The position numbers and the translations under genes were made by a program. A stretch of 64,000 bases of DNA, taken from Okamejei kenojei. Taxonomy: Eukaryota. The stretch covers positions 24,924,001 through 24,988,000 of the forward strand of contig CM069156.1 of assembly GCA_035221665.1 (NCBI GenBank), read 5' to 3'. Position 1 is the first letter of the stretch; each line of letters opens with the position of its first letter. Positions 38,631-53,065 of the stretch are shown here, piece after piece. Below the pieces are notes generated by a model. That model saw nothing but the letters and a program-made list of their open reading frames with translations. It was not told the origin of the DNA and made no database searches.

Positions 38631-40544
38631 TATATTTTAAGGGTTGGGAAAGATTGAAAATTTCACGTATTTAAATATGTTGTTACGAATATAACTAGTA
38701 GTGTGGGAGAAAATTCCATGTGCCATAATTGCCACATACATACCCAAAAGTAGAAATGTAGAAAGTTACAATGTGTAAAAAATGATATAACGAGCTTCGT
38801 AGTCTCCTAACAATCAAACGCCAAATTCAAAATTCTATATTTTGAAAATGGGCAAAGCAAAAAGTAGCATGTTCTCTAGAAAGGCTTATCCTAAAATAAT
38901 TGATCGGAAGCGGTGTGACTTTCAGGGAAGTCTGTATCATTCAGTCAGTGAGCTCGCGGTCCGGAGCCCTTCTCTATTACCCCTCTACATAAAAACAAAG
39001 TGTCAATGCCTCTACGAATCCACCCGTAGCTTAAGTTGCAGGTTCAGCCATGATCATGCACCTATTTTCTATGATTCTATACAGCTGAAGGGATTTGGCG
39101 TTCGGGCACCGCTATGAATTTATATGAATTTTAAAAATCCGATACGTTTAAATTGTTCAAAAGCTACAACCACAATGTGATAAATAACACTAAATAAAAC
39201 TGAAACAAATAAAGTCAAACAGAAGAACTAACCTTGAAGGTGAGAGAGAAAACAACACACATATACTTTTTTTTAAAAATCATATAACATCCGTAAATGA
39301 CAGGTACAAATTACTAAATAACGTGGATGGAGAAAAATGTTTGTCTACCATTTTTGTCTACCTTTGATTGTTCCAGCATTTGCAGTTCCTTCTTAAAATA
39401 ACGTGGGTGAATGAGTGTACCTGCACACCAGGAAGAAGCCCGTGCCCGCGGTCCAGAGCCCTTAATGACAGTAAGTTTTAAGAAATTCTCCTGTGAATTT
39501 TATTCAAAGAAACGCGGCATCATTAATACATGGTCAAAACACAATTACATTTACTGGGTGTGAGCAGTCTTTGAATATGTTGGTTGTTTTTCAGAGTGAA
39601 GGGGAGGCTGGTTTGTGTGATGGACAAAGGTGTAACCACAACTCTGCAATTTCTTGTGGTCTTGGTGGCTAAACCAAGCTGTGGAGCATCCCAACCGGAT
39701 GTTTTCTACGGTGCTTTTTTGTTTGCCGTTTGTGGGATATTGGCAGAGTTTACTATGCTGACATGGTTAAATTGTGCAATGTGACTTCATTGTAATTTCC
39801 CCATGAGGGTAGACTGGATATTGAATGCATGTTATTTTTCCCAGACAGTAGGAGATTTGAAATATAGCCAAGAAATGTGGATGCTGGAATCTGGAGCAAA
39901 ACAAAATAACTGCTGGGGCAACTCAAGAGGCCAAGTAACATTTGTGGAGGTCAAGGGAAGTTTGATATTGCAAGTCATGACCCTGCATTCGGATTGAATG
40001 TGTGGAGGGAAGATAGCCACGATAATGAAGTGAGAGGGAGGGTGACAAGCTGGTATGGGATAGGAAAAATCAGATGAGGTGGGGACTGATGGGCAGATGG
40101 AGAAAGGTGGATAGGAAGCAGCTTGGTGGCAGTGTGGTAGGTGATGGTTGAAAACAGATTTGGGGAAAAAGGAAAAGGGAACCAATGTTTGAGTGAGGGG
40201 TAAAACATGGGATGAGATTTACCTGAAGCTGAAAAAAACTGATGCCATCAGCAAATGTAGCAACCATACCTTCAGTGCTTCATTCAAGTCATTTATATAC
40301 CATGATCAATATGATCAGCCATGGCGATGCTTGCTTGAAGGGCCAAATGGCTTACTCCTGCATCTATTTTCTATGTTTCTGTTTTTATAAACAACAATGA
40401 TCACTGTGTCACACCACCAGATTTTCTGCTGACTTGCTCTCCCTTTGAATTCAGGAACTACAATGTTCATACAGGACTGTTTTGGTCCCTGGATGACAGG
40501 GAGGGAGAAAATGGAGGGACAAATGTTCCACCATCTAGGGTTTA

Positions 40545-41770
40545 TGAAGGAACTGCAGATGCTGGAAAATCAAAGGTAGACAAAAGTGCTGGAGAAACTC
40601 AGCGGGTGCAGCAGCATCTATGGAGCGAAGGAAGTAGGCAACGTTTCGGGCCGAAACCCTTCGAGTAGTTCCTGAAGAAAGCAGAGAGGGGCGAGCAGGT
40701 AAAATATGGTTGACAGTAGGATTCTGTTGCAGTTAGTGGAGATGGTGATGGGTGATGTGCTGGATACAGAGGCTGCTGGAGTGAAAGGTGAGAATGAAGG
40801 GAATTCTCTCTTGTTGATGGGTGGGGCGGGGGGGGGGAGATGGGCGAGCGCAGACGCCTTAAGAAATGGAGAAAATGCAAGCAAGGGCTCCAACTATGGT
40901 AGAGGGGATGGCTTTTCAAAAAGACCCCGATTGGAAAGCATAATTTTGAGAACAGATGTGGCAGAAAAGGAAAAACTGAAGGATTTTTACTTGCAGCAGC
41001 TTAACACGCCTGTGAACACAATACACATTGAGAATACATAATAAACAAAAAATCAATAAAGAAGTGTAATCAAGGTAGCTGTGGGAGTAAGTGAATTTGT
41101 AGTAGACAATGCACCAAGAATTTCAGTGTTCCATTCCCGCTGCAGTTCCTTGTGTCAACACAAGAGACAAGACAAGAGACATTTATTGTCACATGCACCA
41201 ATTGGTACAGTGAAATTTGTGGTCACCATACGAATAAAAAAAGAACACAGAACACGAGAGTCTTTAACACAAACATCCCCACACAGCGGGATCAAAGTTT
41301 CCCACTGTGAGGGAAGGCACCAAACTTCAGTCATCCTCCTCTGTTGTTCTGTTGTTCTGTTGACTGTCGATGGATAATTTGTTTCCTGAGGTGGAGACAG
41401 AGATCCATAAAAGGGAGCAAAGTGGTCAGAAATGGTCCAAGTGAATCTGAGGACGGGATGGAAGTTAGCAGCATCCCCGTGGGTGCAGGAAGCAGCACCA
41501 ATGCAATCCTCAATGTGGCAGCGAAATAGTTGGGAGCGGATGCTCGAGGAGGTTTGGGACGCGGATTGTGCCTCGCAGGCAGTGAAAAGACAGGCAAGCT
41601 AGGGCTCAAGCAAGTGCTTGTGGCTGCACTTTTGATTTGTAGAAAGTTGGAGAAATCAAACAAGAGGTTGTTGAGAGTAACAAAGGCTCTGCCAGGTGGT
41701 GAGCTTGTTGGAGTTTTTCTGGTTAGATCTTTGTGTGTGGTATGGAATGTGATCAATGTTGACATTCCAG
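40545..41770 (-). mobile_element. Fragmented Penelope-like element including RT core remnant, interrupted by other repeats
   Basis: Minus strand ~41370-41770 reads TLNNLLFDFSNFLQIKSAATST (PLE-type N.F.F...FLQ.KG.AMG) and HIEDCIGAASCT (degenerate YIDD); pseudo-LTR repeat at ~40545-40665. Confidence 0.65.
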
Positions 41771-43279
41771 CTTAAAGAATGAGTTCATGAGTCAAGAATG
41801 TTTTATTGTAATATGTCCCCAAACAGAAAAATTGAATCCTGACTTGCAGCAGCACAACAGATATGTAAACCTAGTACGAAGAACTAATTCGAGGAATTGG
41901 TCAGCTCGTATCAACATTAAAGAGAAGGTAAGGTGTGAAATCAAATCGGTTCATAAATTAATCCCGTGGTGAAGGCAAATTTCTGCCCCAGAAATTGTAA
42001 TATGATTCAATTTTATCTTCAGTTTGAGGAAAATAAAATGGGTCCAAGATTAATATTTAAGACTTAAATACATGCAGCTAAGGGGGATGACAGTTGGATG
42101 AGCTAGCTGGGTTGAGATTGGTCAATCAAGACATAGTGGCAGACATTTAAGGAGATCTGCAGAATGCACAAATCAGATTTGAAAGAGAGAAAAATATACA
42201 AACAGCGTATCCACCATATGTGGTTCATTCAAAACGTTGATATTATCAATGCAAAGATAGTTAAGACAGAATATAAACATCAGAAAGAGTGACACATAAA
42301 AATAAACGTGGAATTAAAAGAAAGACACAAGAAACTGCAGATCATGGAGTCTCGTGCAAAACGTAAAGTGCTGGAGGAACTCAACAGGTCAGGCAGCATC
42401 TGTGGCGGGAATGGACAGGCAATGTTTTGAATCCATCTGAATGGACAGGCTGGAACCATCTGAAGAAGTTTCCCATTCTGAAAGGTCATGTCGATACACA
42501 TGTGGCCTGACCAGTTGTGTACCTCCAGCACTTTATGCTCAAATGTGGAATGAAGTGACCCAGTAAAGGAGAGCAGTAATATATTTTATTTTAAGAAAAT
42601 AATAATGAGCATAGGTCCTCTAAAACATACGGAATTAATAACAGAAAATATGGAAATGTCTGATGGATTAAACAGGTATTCTATGTCACTCTCCACTGTA
42701 GAGGATCCAAATAATATCCTAGAAAAAGCTAAGTTAGAAATTGGAAGGAGAGAAGAGAGGAACATGGGAACTTAGTGGGAAGCTGTACGGAGCAGATTAT
42801 TGGGGCTGTGGGCTAATGCGTCCTTGCATCCTCATAGACATCACCTGGGGATCATAAATAAAATAGCCAGTGCAAAGGTTGATGGTTGGCTTTAATTTTC
42901 CAGAATACTTCAGATTTGGGAAAGGTTCAATTTGATAGGAAAGTAGCAAATGTAGTTCCTGAATTCAAAAAGGGAGCAAGTCAGCAGGAAATCTGGTGGT
43001 GTGACACAGAGATCATTGCTGTTTATAAAAACAGAAACATAGAAAATAGGTGCAGGAGTAAGCCATTTGGCCCTTTGAGCGAGCACCGCCATTCAATATG
43101 ATCATGGCTGATCATATTGATCATGGTTTATAAATTACTTTGAGAAATTTGCTGATGACATGAGTTTTTTTTAAAAAGAGATATAGATTGCAGGTAGATG
43201 GGACTAGGGGAAAACAAATGGTCGGAAGGGCCGAGAGGCTGTAATTGTGCTGTAATTGTTATATCGTTATATGGTTATT

Positions 43280-43545
43280 GGAAACAAGCCCTTCAGCCCA
43301 CCAAGTCCACACCGAACATTGATCATCTTCTCATACTAGTTCTGTCATTCTACTTTCTCATCCATTCCCTACATAATAATAGAGGCAATTTACAAAGGCA
43401 ATTAACCCACAAACTTGCAAGTTTTTAGGATGTGGGAAGAAACCAGAACACACGAGGAAAACCCACGCGGTCACAGGGAGAACGTGCAAACTCCATGCAG
43501 ACAGCACCCGCTGTGAGGCAGCGGCTCTACCAGCTGTGCCGCTCT
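43280..43545 (-). mobile_element. tRNA-derived V-SINE (HE1-like)
   Basis: Minus-strand head cggcacagctggtagagccgctgcctcacagc and body ggagtttgcacgttctccctgtgacc; shared with copies at 45410, 46815 and 56967. Confidence 0.7.
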
Positions 43546-45409
43546 CATCAGGAGAGATAAGTTGTGTATAGGTCATTAGGTAATAGGATTACTTGCCCAC
43601 CAGGGGACTGTGTCAACGAGACACTACTGGTGCACGAGGATCTCAGTAGCTTCTGGATTTGGGGTGTTGGTTGTGGAAGGACAGGAGCAAAGTTAAGGTT
43701 GTTTTCTTCATGCCACCACGAATCAGATCTACCACTGACTTGTCTTTGTTCAGTTCCGACTCTGATTCCAAGCACGTGGATGCGGCTGGCATTTATGGCC
43801 TATCAAACCAGCAGTCTTGTGATAGTATCGGTGAGTTTGTTGCAGTCAGTTGTGACTCCAGAATAATAGCTAAATTCAACCGCGGTGTTCTTGACTAGAG
43901 ACGTGTCTCAGCCCAGGTTGGCTGAGCAGGCCAGGAATCCGTCTCTGAAAAGCATTCATGAAACAATTTCCATTAAAAAATCGCATTTATCAGGAAAATG
44001 TTCTGGGAGCCAATAGCATTATCCAACAAAAAATTGTCAAGTGAACAACATGACACATTTGGAGAATTGTGGGAAGTTCTGGGAGCCTCATTACAGGAAG
44101 GATATGGAGGCTTTGGAGAGGGTGCAGAAGAGGTTTTCCAGATGCTTCCGGGAGGGTATTACTAATAAGGAGAGGTTAGACTAACTTGGAGCAGTTGAGG
44201 TTGAGACCTGATCGATGTTTGAAACATTATGAGAGGCGCAGATATGGCAGACAATCAGAATCTCTCTCCCAGGGTGGAAATGACAAAAAACCAGCGTGCA
44301 TAGTTTTAAGATCAAATGGGGAAAGTTTAAAGGAGATGTGTGGGGAAGTTTTTTTTTTAACACAGAGAATAGTGAGTGCCTGGAATGCACTGCCAAGGAT
44401 GGTGGTTGAAGCAGATATGATAGTGGTGTTTTTAGATAGGCATAATGGATAAGGAGGGATATGGATCTTGTGTTGGAAACATTGTTCGGTGCAGACATTG
44501 CGTGCAGAAGTGTCTTTACTTGTGCTACACTGTTCCATGTCCAATGTCAGCAGCCATTTTCCTGATGTTCTCAATAATGCTCACCTAAACACCGCCTGCT
44601 GGCCATTACGCAGCTGCTTTTGGGAGCTTGTATCCGTTCCCCTCCTCAATAGTGACCACACTGCAGAGGTGCTTCTGCAGCTGTGGAATACTCCGGAAAG
44701 TCGTGTGGTGGTGAACGCTGCCACAGAAATGCAAACCTTTCCGTGGGGGTTTGTTGGCGAGATGCTAGATTGTGGTGGTTGTCCATGTCTGTCCGCAGAT
44801 TTGACCACCTTCCACCTCCTCTGCACAGCCTAGATGACTACACTAGTGGGACAGGTCGTGTTGCCCTACACTGGATTAGAAAGATCACCACATTTAATAT
44901 TCAATACGGCAAGCATAACTGTACTTTATCAATAGAGAATAAAAAATGGGAAATTATGCAGCACTTTTACTAGGCACTGTTCCAGCCTCAGCCCCAGTTC
45001 TGCGCTAAATTCTGGCCACCTCAGTACAGGAAGGATGTGGGAACGTTGGAGAGGGTCCAGAGGAGATTCCTGGTTCGAGGGACCGATGTTACAAGGATAG
45101 ATTAGAGAGGCCGAGACTGTTTTCTTTTAAAGAAGACTGAAGGGAGATTTGAAATATTTTTTTTTTTTTGCAGTGGAAAACTATTCTCATTGGTTGAAGA
45201 TTAGAGATCACTTGTATACAATAAAGGGGAAGGAGAATTAAGAGAGACATAAGGGAGAGTCTTTACACAGTGTGTGGTTGGAATCTGTAACGCGTTGCCT
45301 GCAGATGTGGTGGAAGCAGGTTCTATTGTGGCCTTCAAGGGGAAACTGTATGAAGATATGGTGGAAACAATGCCATGGGATGTGGGAGGAAACTGGACAC
45401 GGGCACAGG

Positions 45410-45510
45410 CAGAACATGCAAAATCCACACAGACAGCACCCGAGGTCAGGATTGAGCCAGGTTCTCTGTGGGTGTGAGGCAGCGGCTCTACCCGCTGTGC
45501 CACTGTGTGC
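45410..45510 (-). mobile_element. tRNA-derived V-SINE head fragment
   Basis: Minus strand gtggcacagcgggtagagccgctgcctcacacc...ggctcaatcctgacc (A-box and B-box-like). Confidence 0.65.
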
Positions 45511-46620
45511 TCCACTTTCTTCTTTGTCCTCCAGTTCATTTAAAAGCCTTCCTCGCCCATCTCCAACACCTACTACAGCCCCGTTCCTAGCCGACACAAC
45601 CTGAACTGTTCACTAGCAGGAGTCTGATCCCAACACTAACTGCTATTCTAAATACTTTCTTTAAAGAGTTACACTCTTCCCCAGTCTTCCCCCCTCCCCT
45701 AGATTTTACCCTTGCCGGAGGCACGTATGAGCTGGTGAATCTGCAGGAGGCTTCGAAGCACAGTGCTTTCTCAGTGTGGGCCGGGAGGAGATGTGACCAG
45801 CGTCCGATTGAGGGCACTGGGAACTGTTACTTGCATGTCTTTAGCTGAATGGCCTGAAGTGGTGTCTTTGCAATTTCATTGCCAGATTTTCTTATTTCTT
45901 GACTGACTTTCCCTCCCCTTTCACTTATTTGACATCATTTCACAGCACATCACATTTCCATGGTCCTAGGTGACTGTTCGGTCCATTGAACCTGTGCTGG
46001 TCTCCAGAAACTGTTGTGAGCTCCTCACCATGTTCCACCAACCACCTGCCCTGCTCATTTTTGGAATTCAATATCGGTAACCCTAGGGGTGACCCCCTTC
46101 TTCTCCCCAGCCCCCGACGGCCACACGGACAGCAGGTATGGACAGTGTGAGTAATTGCCAAGTTCACTGAAGGTGCCCGTTACTGCTGTATACACCGACC
46201 TTGCTTCCTCTTTTTTTCCCCCCTGTTGTGAGTTTGTACAATTTTAACCAAAGCATCCAGAGCTCCATTCTCCTGATCATCAAACACTTCTGGCTCTGCA
46301 GATAAAGACTTCAGTTCCCCAATTTGATCCATTGCAGTCGTGCCCATTGTGATAACGTCTGTCAGTTCCTTCCCCTAACCCCTGGTGTGTTTGTTTCCTG
46401 CAAAGACTAAAATAAAATTCATTTGTCATTTGCTTTAACACCAGTTTAGAAATGATGAGTGGCCACTGGTTGGGAGACAGGGTGGAGGGAGATGGAACCG
46501 TGGAGTTTGTGGAGAATGGGGTGCGAGGCAAGGATCAGAGCTATAAGGCAAAAGTGAGGGGAAAGGGGGTGTTATTAATGCAGGAGGGGGGATTCATTGT
46601 GTTGTCCTTTCTTTGATTCC

Positions 46621-46830
46621 ATTATTCAGTGACCACCCCATGTTCACCTTCCTTTTGCTTCCAATGGGCATGGAACAGATTGCTGGCTCCCAGAGCTATG
46701 TACATTTGTTTAGTTTAGTTTTATTATTATTCAGTGAATACCCCATGTCCTTAGCCCTTTTGCTTCCAATGGTTATGGAATAGGTTGCTGTCTCCCAGAG
46801 CTGTGTACATATGTTTAGTTCAGTTTTAGA
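46621..46830. repeat. ~105-bp diverged tandem duplication
   Basis: attattcagtga...ccccatg...ccttttgcttccaatgg...ctcccagagct.tgtacat.tgtttagtt starts at 46621 and again at 46726. Confidence 0.8.
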
Positions 46831-47099
46831 GATACAGCATGTAAACCAGGCCTTCAGCCCACTGACTCCACACCGGCCATCAATCACCCGTTCATACTAG
46901 ATCTATGTTACCTCACTTTCTCATCCACTCCCTGCACATCAGGGGCATTTTTACAGAGGTCAATTAACCAGAGCACTGGGAGGAAACCCACATGATCACA
47001 GGGAGAACGGGCAAACTCCACACAGGCGGCATCCAAGGTCATGAGCAAACCCGAGTCTCTGGCACAGTGAGGCGGCGGCTCTACCAGCTGCGCCACTGT
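46815..47099 (-). mobile_element. Near full-length tRNA-derived V-SINE (HE1-like) with CR1-like 3' tail
   Basis: Head gtggcgcagctggtagagccgccgcctcac...gagactcgggtttg; tail ...gctgtatctctaaaactgaactaaac. Confidence 0.75.
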
Positions 47100-47714
47100 T
47101 CCCTCCTACATCTCTCTGCTTCAATGTATCTCACTTGGTTTACACTCAATCCTTCTCCATGGTTCAGCTCAGTGGGGCTTGTGTTGTCCGGCACCATTAA
47201 AGCAATATCAAATCTTCTCCGATCTGCCGAGGTAGCTCTGACCACACACCACTTATCTCCTTATTCGGCCAAGGGGAAATGTTTGGTGGTGTGGGCTCAA
47301 TTTCCACGAGGTTGCTGAGAATGCCATGTCCTTCCACTGAACCCATTGATTCCCAGCTGCAAGTGAGCTCTTGATGGATGTAAAATTAACCTTAATGTAC
47401 AGAGGGATCTTTGGGTGATATCCATTCCTTCCCGAAAGTGGTAGCACAAGTAGATATGGTAGTAACGGAGGTGTATGGCCGCTTGCTTTCCTCGGTCATG
47501 GCAACATCTTGGTGAATCTCCTCTGCACTCTCTCCACTAACCCTCTGGAGGGAAAGGTTCTTCCACAGATGCCTTCTCAACCTTTAACTCCCCACATTAA
47601 ACCTCCGCTCACTGGTACACACCACTGTCATTGGGAATGGTTTCCGACTATCATGGTTTTCTACACTTCTGTCACGTCCTCCCTCAGCCTAGGAAAACAA
47701 ATCCAACCATTGCA

Positions 47715-47845
47715 GGAAGGAACTGCAGATGCTGGTTTAAATCGAAGATAGACACAAAATGCTGGAGTAACTCAGCGGGTCATGCAGCATCTCTGGAGAG
47801 AAGGAATGGGTAACGTTTTGGGTCGAGATCCTTCTTCAGACTGAT
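47715..47845 (-). repeat. PLE pseudo-LTR repeat with hammerhead-like motif
   Basis: Minus strand cagtCTGAAGAaggatctcgacccaaaacgttaccca. Confidence 0.7.
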
Positions 47846-48779
47846 TGTAACTGATCTAACCATTGCAGTCTCTCCTTGTACCTGAATTGCTTCAACCCAA
47901 GTTGTTGATCCTGTTGAATTTCCCCTGTGCTCACTCCAGTGTAGTCACATCCCGCTGCAGTGTGGCAACTGGAGCTGCAGACAGTACTCCTGGCACAAGC
48001 TAATTAACGTGTTATATTGTATCATAATCACTCTGGCATCGGTCCACAGTGGCACAGAATGGTTTTAAGGCATTATCCCCTTGGTCTCTCTCCCTAACTA
48101 AAGAAAATGGGTTCTCCCCACCCATGTAGCCTCCTTCACTCTTCCTAAACACTTCACATCACCCCTAACATTTTATACTCAAGGGAAAACGGGTTCCAAC
48201 TGTACATCTTTTCCATGGGGCCGTGATTGTTCAGTAAACCCAAGTCGTACCTGTCAAGGGAGATCACATCTTCCTGTGCATTGGGACCCAATCCGAGCGT
48301 GGACATTCCAAGTGATGGTGACAACCTTGCACCCCTGTCCTTCTGGATGGTGGGGCCACGGGCTTGGGAGATGCAGGTGGAGCAGCCTGGCTGGCTAACT
48401 ACAGTGCACACAGCGCCACGGTGCTGGAGGGAGCGAGAGTTCAGGGTGGTGGATGGGTGCCAGTCAACAGGGTTCACTTGTGCTGGATGGTGTCGAGCTT
48501 CTTCAGCTGCACTCTCCCAGGTCCATCACATTCCTGACTCCTGCCTTTTCAATGGTGGAAAAGTCTTGGAATGTCCGAAGGTGAAGGCTACAGATGGCAA
48601 GTGGAAGGAACCCTGCATGTTGACGCCTGGATAAAGAGGAAAACTGATGCATACGGTTTGTATCTAAACACAAGAGACTACAGATGCTGGAATCTATTAT
48701 AAATAATGCAAGAGCAGCTAGACAAATTCAACGGCTCAGGCAGCATCTGGAAAGTGAAATGGACAGTCAAAGTTTTAGT

Positions 48780-49142
48780 AAGGAGGAACTTCTGATGCTG
48801 GTTTAAACCAAAGATAGACACAAAAAGCTGGAATAACGCAATGGGACAGGCAGCATCTCTGGAGAGAAGGAAAGGGTCATGTTTCGGGTCGAGACCCTTC
48901 TTCAGACTGGTTAGGGATAAGGGGAATCGAGAGATATAGACGGTAATGTGGAGAGATAAAGAACAATGAATGAAAGATATGCAAAAAAAGTAACGAGGAT
49001 AACGCAAACAAGTTGTAGGATGAAAATAAGAAGCTAGTGCGACTTGGGTGGGGGAGGGATAGAGAGAGAGAGAGAGGGAATGCTGGGGCTACCTGAAGTG
49101 AGAGAAATCAATATTCATACCACTGGGCTGTAAACTGCCAAA
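48780..49142 (-). mobile_element. Penelope-like element 3' fragment (endonuclease tail plus pseudo-LTR with hammerhead motif)
   Basis: Minus strand encodes GSLQPSGMNIDFSHFR*, followed by sequence homologous to 275-585, including CTGAAGAAGGGTCTCGACCCGAAAC. Confidence 0.8.
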
Positions 49143-51199
49143 CCTTTAAGTGGAGATCCTTCAGCTCAATGAAAGGTCTCATCCTGAAAGGTTAACTGTT
49201 CATTTCCTCCCACAGATGCTGCCTGATCCACTGAGTTCCTCCAGCTGCTCTTGATGTTTGGTAGGTACAGAGCATTGAAACACCGGAGACCTTTTGTCAG
49301 CAGTGAAAATGTGGGCGGGGGATGGAGGGTTCTTTAAAAAAAATTGGTATGGAGAGGTCAAGAAATATCAGTGGCAGATAAAAATATTTAAAATCCCAAG
49401 CATATCACAAGTGAGCGGGAAACAGGGAAAGAGTGGGACTCATTAAAACACAAAGGGGCAAACTGTAGATAGAGCCAGGGATTAAAGGAATACCTTTCCT
49501 TTAATCCAAGGAAAGGAATAGCTTTCATCTGTATTCACTCAGGCGAAAGACATTATAATTGGACTTTTCAGTTGGAACGTTGAAATTTCAGAACGTGTTA
49601 AGGTTCAAAAAAAGAGGAGATATTGGATATCTTCACAGGCACAAATGCAGATAAATCCCCAGAGCCTGAAGTAGGTTCCCAGGCTGCTGTGGGAGGCAAG
49701 GAGGAGAATACTGGGGCTCTGACAGGCATATTTAAATGGTGACACAAGAAACTGCAGATGCTTGAAACTTGAGCAAAACATAAAATGCTGAAGGAACTCA
49801 GTGGATCAGGCAGCATCTGTAGAGGGAGATTTTGGAGAGGGACCCTTTTTTCAGACTGATGTGACGCGCCAGATGACTGGAAGAAGAAGATGTGATGCAC
49901 AATTGGGAATGGAATCCTGTTCCTTTCTGCATCAGAGAGTGGGGGAGCTAGACAGTCCATTGAAAATTAATTAGTACCGGTGTTAGCGGTCATGGGGAGA
50001 AGGCAGGAGAATGGGGTTAGGTGGGAAATATTGATCAGCCATGATTAAATAGCGGAGTAGACTTGATGGGCCGAAGGGCCTAATTCTGCTCCTATCACTT
50101 ATGAACTGTAAGTTCAAAACCGAGTTGAGTAATTTTACTAGATAAATACTGTGCGATAGGATTGCTCTCGCAGGCATTATGGGCCGAATGCCCTCCTCTA
50201 CATCATAAGGTCACATGGAAATATAAGCTTAATGGTTGCAGAGGGGAGGCAGGTAAACAGTGTTGGGGTATTGGCTAATGAGTACATGACCTGACAGAAC
50301 TGTGGGATAGGCTCTAGGGACTGTGGCTACCCACTACTCTCTTGTGGTTTCACTGACGATCAGCACCAAAGGAATGTTGAATGAGAGATGCTAAGCAATT
50401 CCGCATCATGTTCCAGGAGGGAGAAACCCCGAGGAGGTACAATCCCGCCCGCTACTATCTTCCTTTGGCACCTGTTCTGCAGCCCGATCCTGCCTCCAGA
50501 ACTGGGCTTGGACGAAGGTACCAGCTGCCAAAGCTGGTGGTTACACCTCCTGACCAGCCTCGCCCACGGGATCTGCACCGTTTAAAAACAGTCATGTCAG
50601 AGACCTCGGCAAATCACAGAGCAATGACACAAGGCATCACTGGTGCTTCCAAGCTGCACAGATGGCGATGAATACATCCTGCAGACTCTCTGGAGCTGTG
50701 AAGGATGAGAAGTGAGCTCATTGAAACAGCAAAATGTTTTCTGAGGGCTTGACATGGTGGGAGCTGGCTCTGCCGACTCGAGCCTGTTTCATCGCAGCAA
50801 TAAGGGCATTGTCTGTCTGGGATCCACCTTCCCTCAAACCCTGCCATTCCCCCCGTGAGCACACGTCGATTATTGTCACCGTCCAGCTCAGCGGGGGGGG
50901 GGGCAGGGGGACACATGAAGGGGAGGTCCAATTAATTATATTCCTCAGCAAAAATACATTTCTCCTCATCTCAGTACTGAGGTTTCTGTCTGAATTGTTT
51001 GTGGATGGTATCGGTGCAAATGATAGGAGGGGCGAGGGGATTTAAGCACCGATTCTAGCATCGTGAGGCAGTGATCTCAGTTGGGCTATACCCCAACTAA
51101 TAACTTCTTGGTGGGCAGAAGAAGGCTGTATAACCAGAGCAAAAACATATATAGGAAACACCAAGAATCTGGCACTCTTGGATTTTGGTGGTGCCTGGC

Positions 51200-51404
51200 C
51201 GATGGAACTCCAGTGAGTTTAAAGGGAGTGCAGGGAAAGGGATTTAAAGGGAATTAACAAATGGGACCATTGTGGGTTTAAAGGGAATGTGAGAATGTGG
51301 CCCTAATGGGATTAAAGGGAGTGTGGTAATGGGCTCTCATGCGATTAAAGAGTGTGGAAATGGGCCCCCATGAGGTTAAAGGGAGTGTGGCTCTCATGAG
51401 GTTA
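51200..51404. repeat. Degenerate ~33-bp minisatellite (about 6 units)
   Basis: Recurring ttaaagggagtgtgg.aatggg unit. Confidence 0.7.
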
Positions 51405-51486
51405 TTTTTGTGAGCAGGCTTTCAGGATGTTTTATTATTTAAAACTAAAGGCCCAACAGAGAGTAAATGTCCAAGCAGAATGGAGC

Positions 51487-53065
51487 AGAAATAAGATATA
51501 GGAGCAGAATTAGGCCATTTGGCCCATCGAGTCTGCTATGCCATTTGATCATGGCTGATCTATTTTTCCCCCTCAACCTCATTCTCCTGCCTTCACCCCA
51601 TAACTTTTGAGTTCTCCTCTCTTCTCCCCACAACACCCATACAAATCAAGAACCTATCAATCTCCGCTTTAAAGATACTCAATTTACTTGACCTCCACAG
51701 CTGTCTGTGGCAATTAATTCCATAGATTCATCACCATCTGGCAAAATAAATTCCTCCTCATTTCCATTGTAAAGGTACGTCCTGTTATTCCAAGGCTGTG
51801 CCCTCTGGTCCCAGACACTCCCACTACTGGAAACATCCTGTCAACATTCACTCTATATAGGGCTTTCATTACTCAATAGATTTTAATGAGATCGCCCCTC
51901 CCCCCCCTCCCCCCCCACCTAAACCCCAGTCGGTACAGACCCAGAGCCATCAAATGCTCATCATACATTAACCCAAACATCCCTGGGATAATGCTTCATA
52001 AACCTCTTCTGGACCCTCTCCAATGTCAGCACATCCTTCCTCAGATATGGGGCCCAAAATTGCTCACAATATTCGAAATGTGGCCAGACCAGCATCTCAT
52101 AAAGCATCAGCATTACATTCTTGCTTTTATATTCTATTCCTCTTGAAATTAATGCTAACATTGTGCTTGCCTTCAATACTTACTGCCGACTTGACCTGCA
52201 AATTAATCTTTTGGGAATCCCACACCAGCACTCCCATGTCCCTTTGCACCTTCGATTTCTGAATCCTTTCGCCATTTCGAAAATAGTCTACGCCTTTATT
52301 CTGACAACCATAGTGCATGACAGTACATTTGGCTGCGCTTTGCTACTTCATTACCTCAATCTGTCCAAGTCCTTTTGCAGGCTGCATGCTGCCTCAACAT
52401 TACCTGCCACTCCACGTATCTTCGTCTCACCGCAAACTTGGCAACAGAGCGGTCAATTCCATCATCCAAATCATGAACATATAATGTGAATAGTAGTGGA
52501 CCCAACATTGATCCCAGCGGAAAACCACTAGCCAACCAGAAGAGACCCCCGTTACTTCCACTCTTTGCCTTCTGCCAGTCAGTCAATCTGCTGAGGCTTT
52601 TCCCCACCCTTGCCTCTAATACCATGGGCTCCTCACTTGTTTTAGCAGCCTCATGTGCAGTACCTTATCAAAGGCCTTCTGAAAATTCAAGTAAACAACA
52701 TCGACTGACTCAATTTCATCCGTTTTTTTCTTCCTCAAAGAATTCCAACAGATTTATTAGGCAAAATTTCCCCTTAACTAAAACCATGCAGACTTCAGCC
52801 TATTTTGTCATGTACTTCCAAACACCCCGAAACCTCATCCAATAATGGACTCTAAAATCTTCCCAACTAATAGGTCACACTAACCGGCCTATAATTTTTC
52901 TTTTTTACATTGCTTCCTTCTTAAATAGTGGAGTTACATTAGCGATTTTCCAGTCCTCTGGAACCATTCCAGATTCCGGTGATTTTTGAAAAATCACTAC
53001 TAATGCCTCCACAATCTCAACAGCTACCTCCTTCAGAAATCTAGGGTGTGTCCATCTGATCCAGG
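51487..53065 (-). mobile_element. Decayed CR1-type LINE
   Basis: GFPLGSMLGPLLFTLYVHDLDDGID.SVAKFA; LYEMLVWPHFEYCEQFWAPYLRKDVLTLERVQKRF; 3' tail near 51490. Confidence 0.85.
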
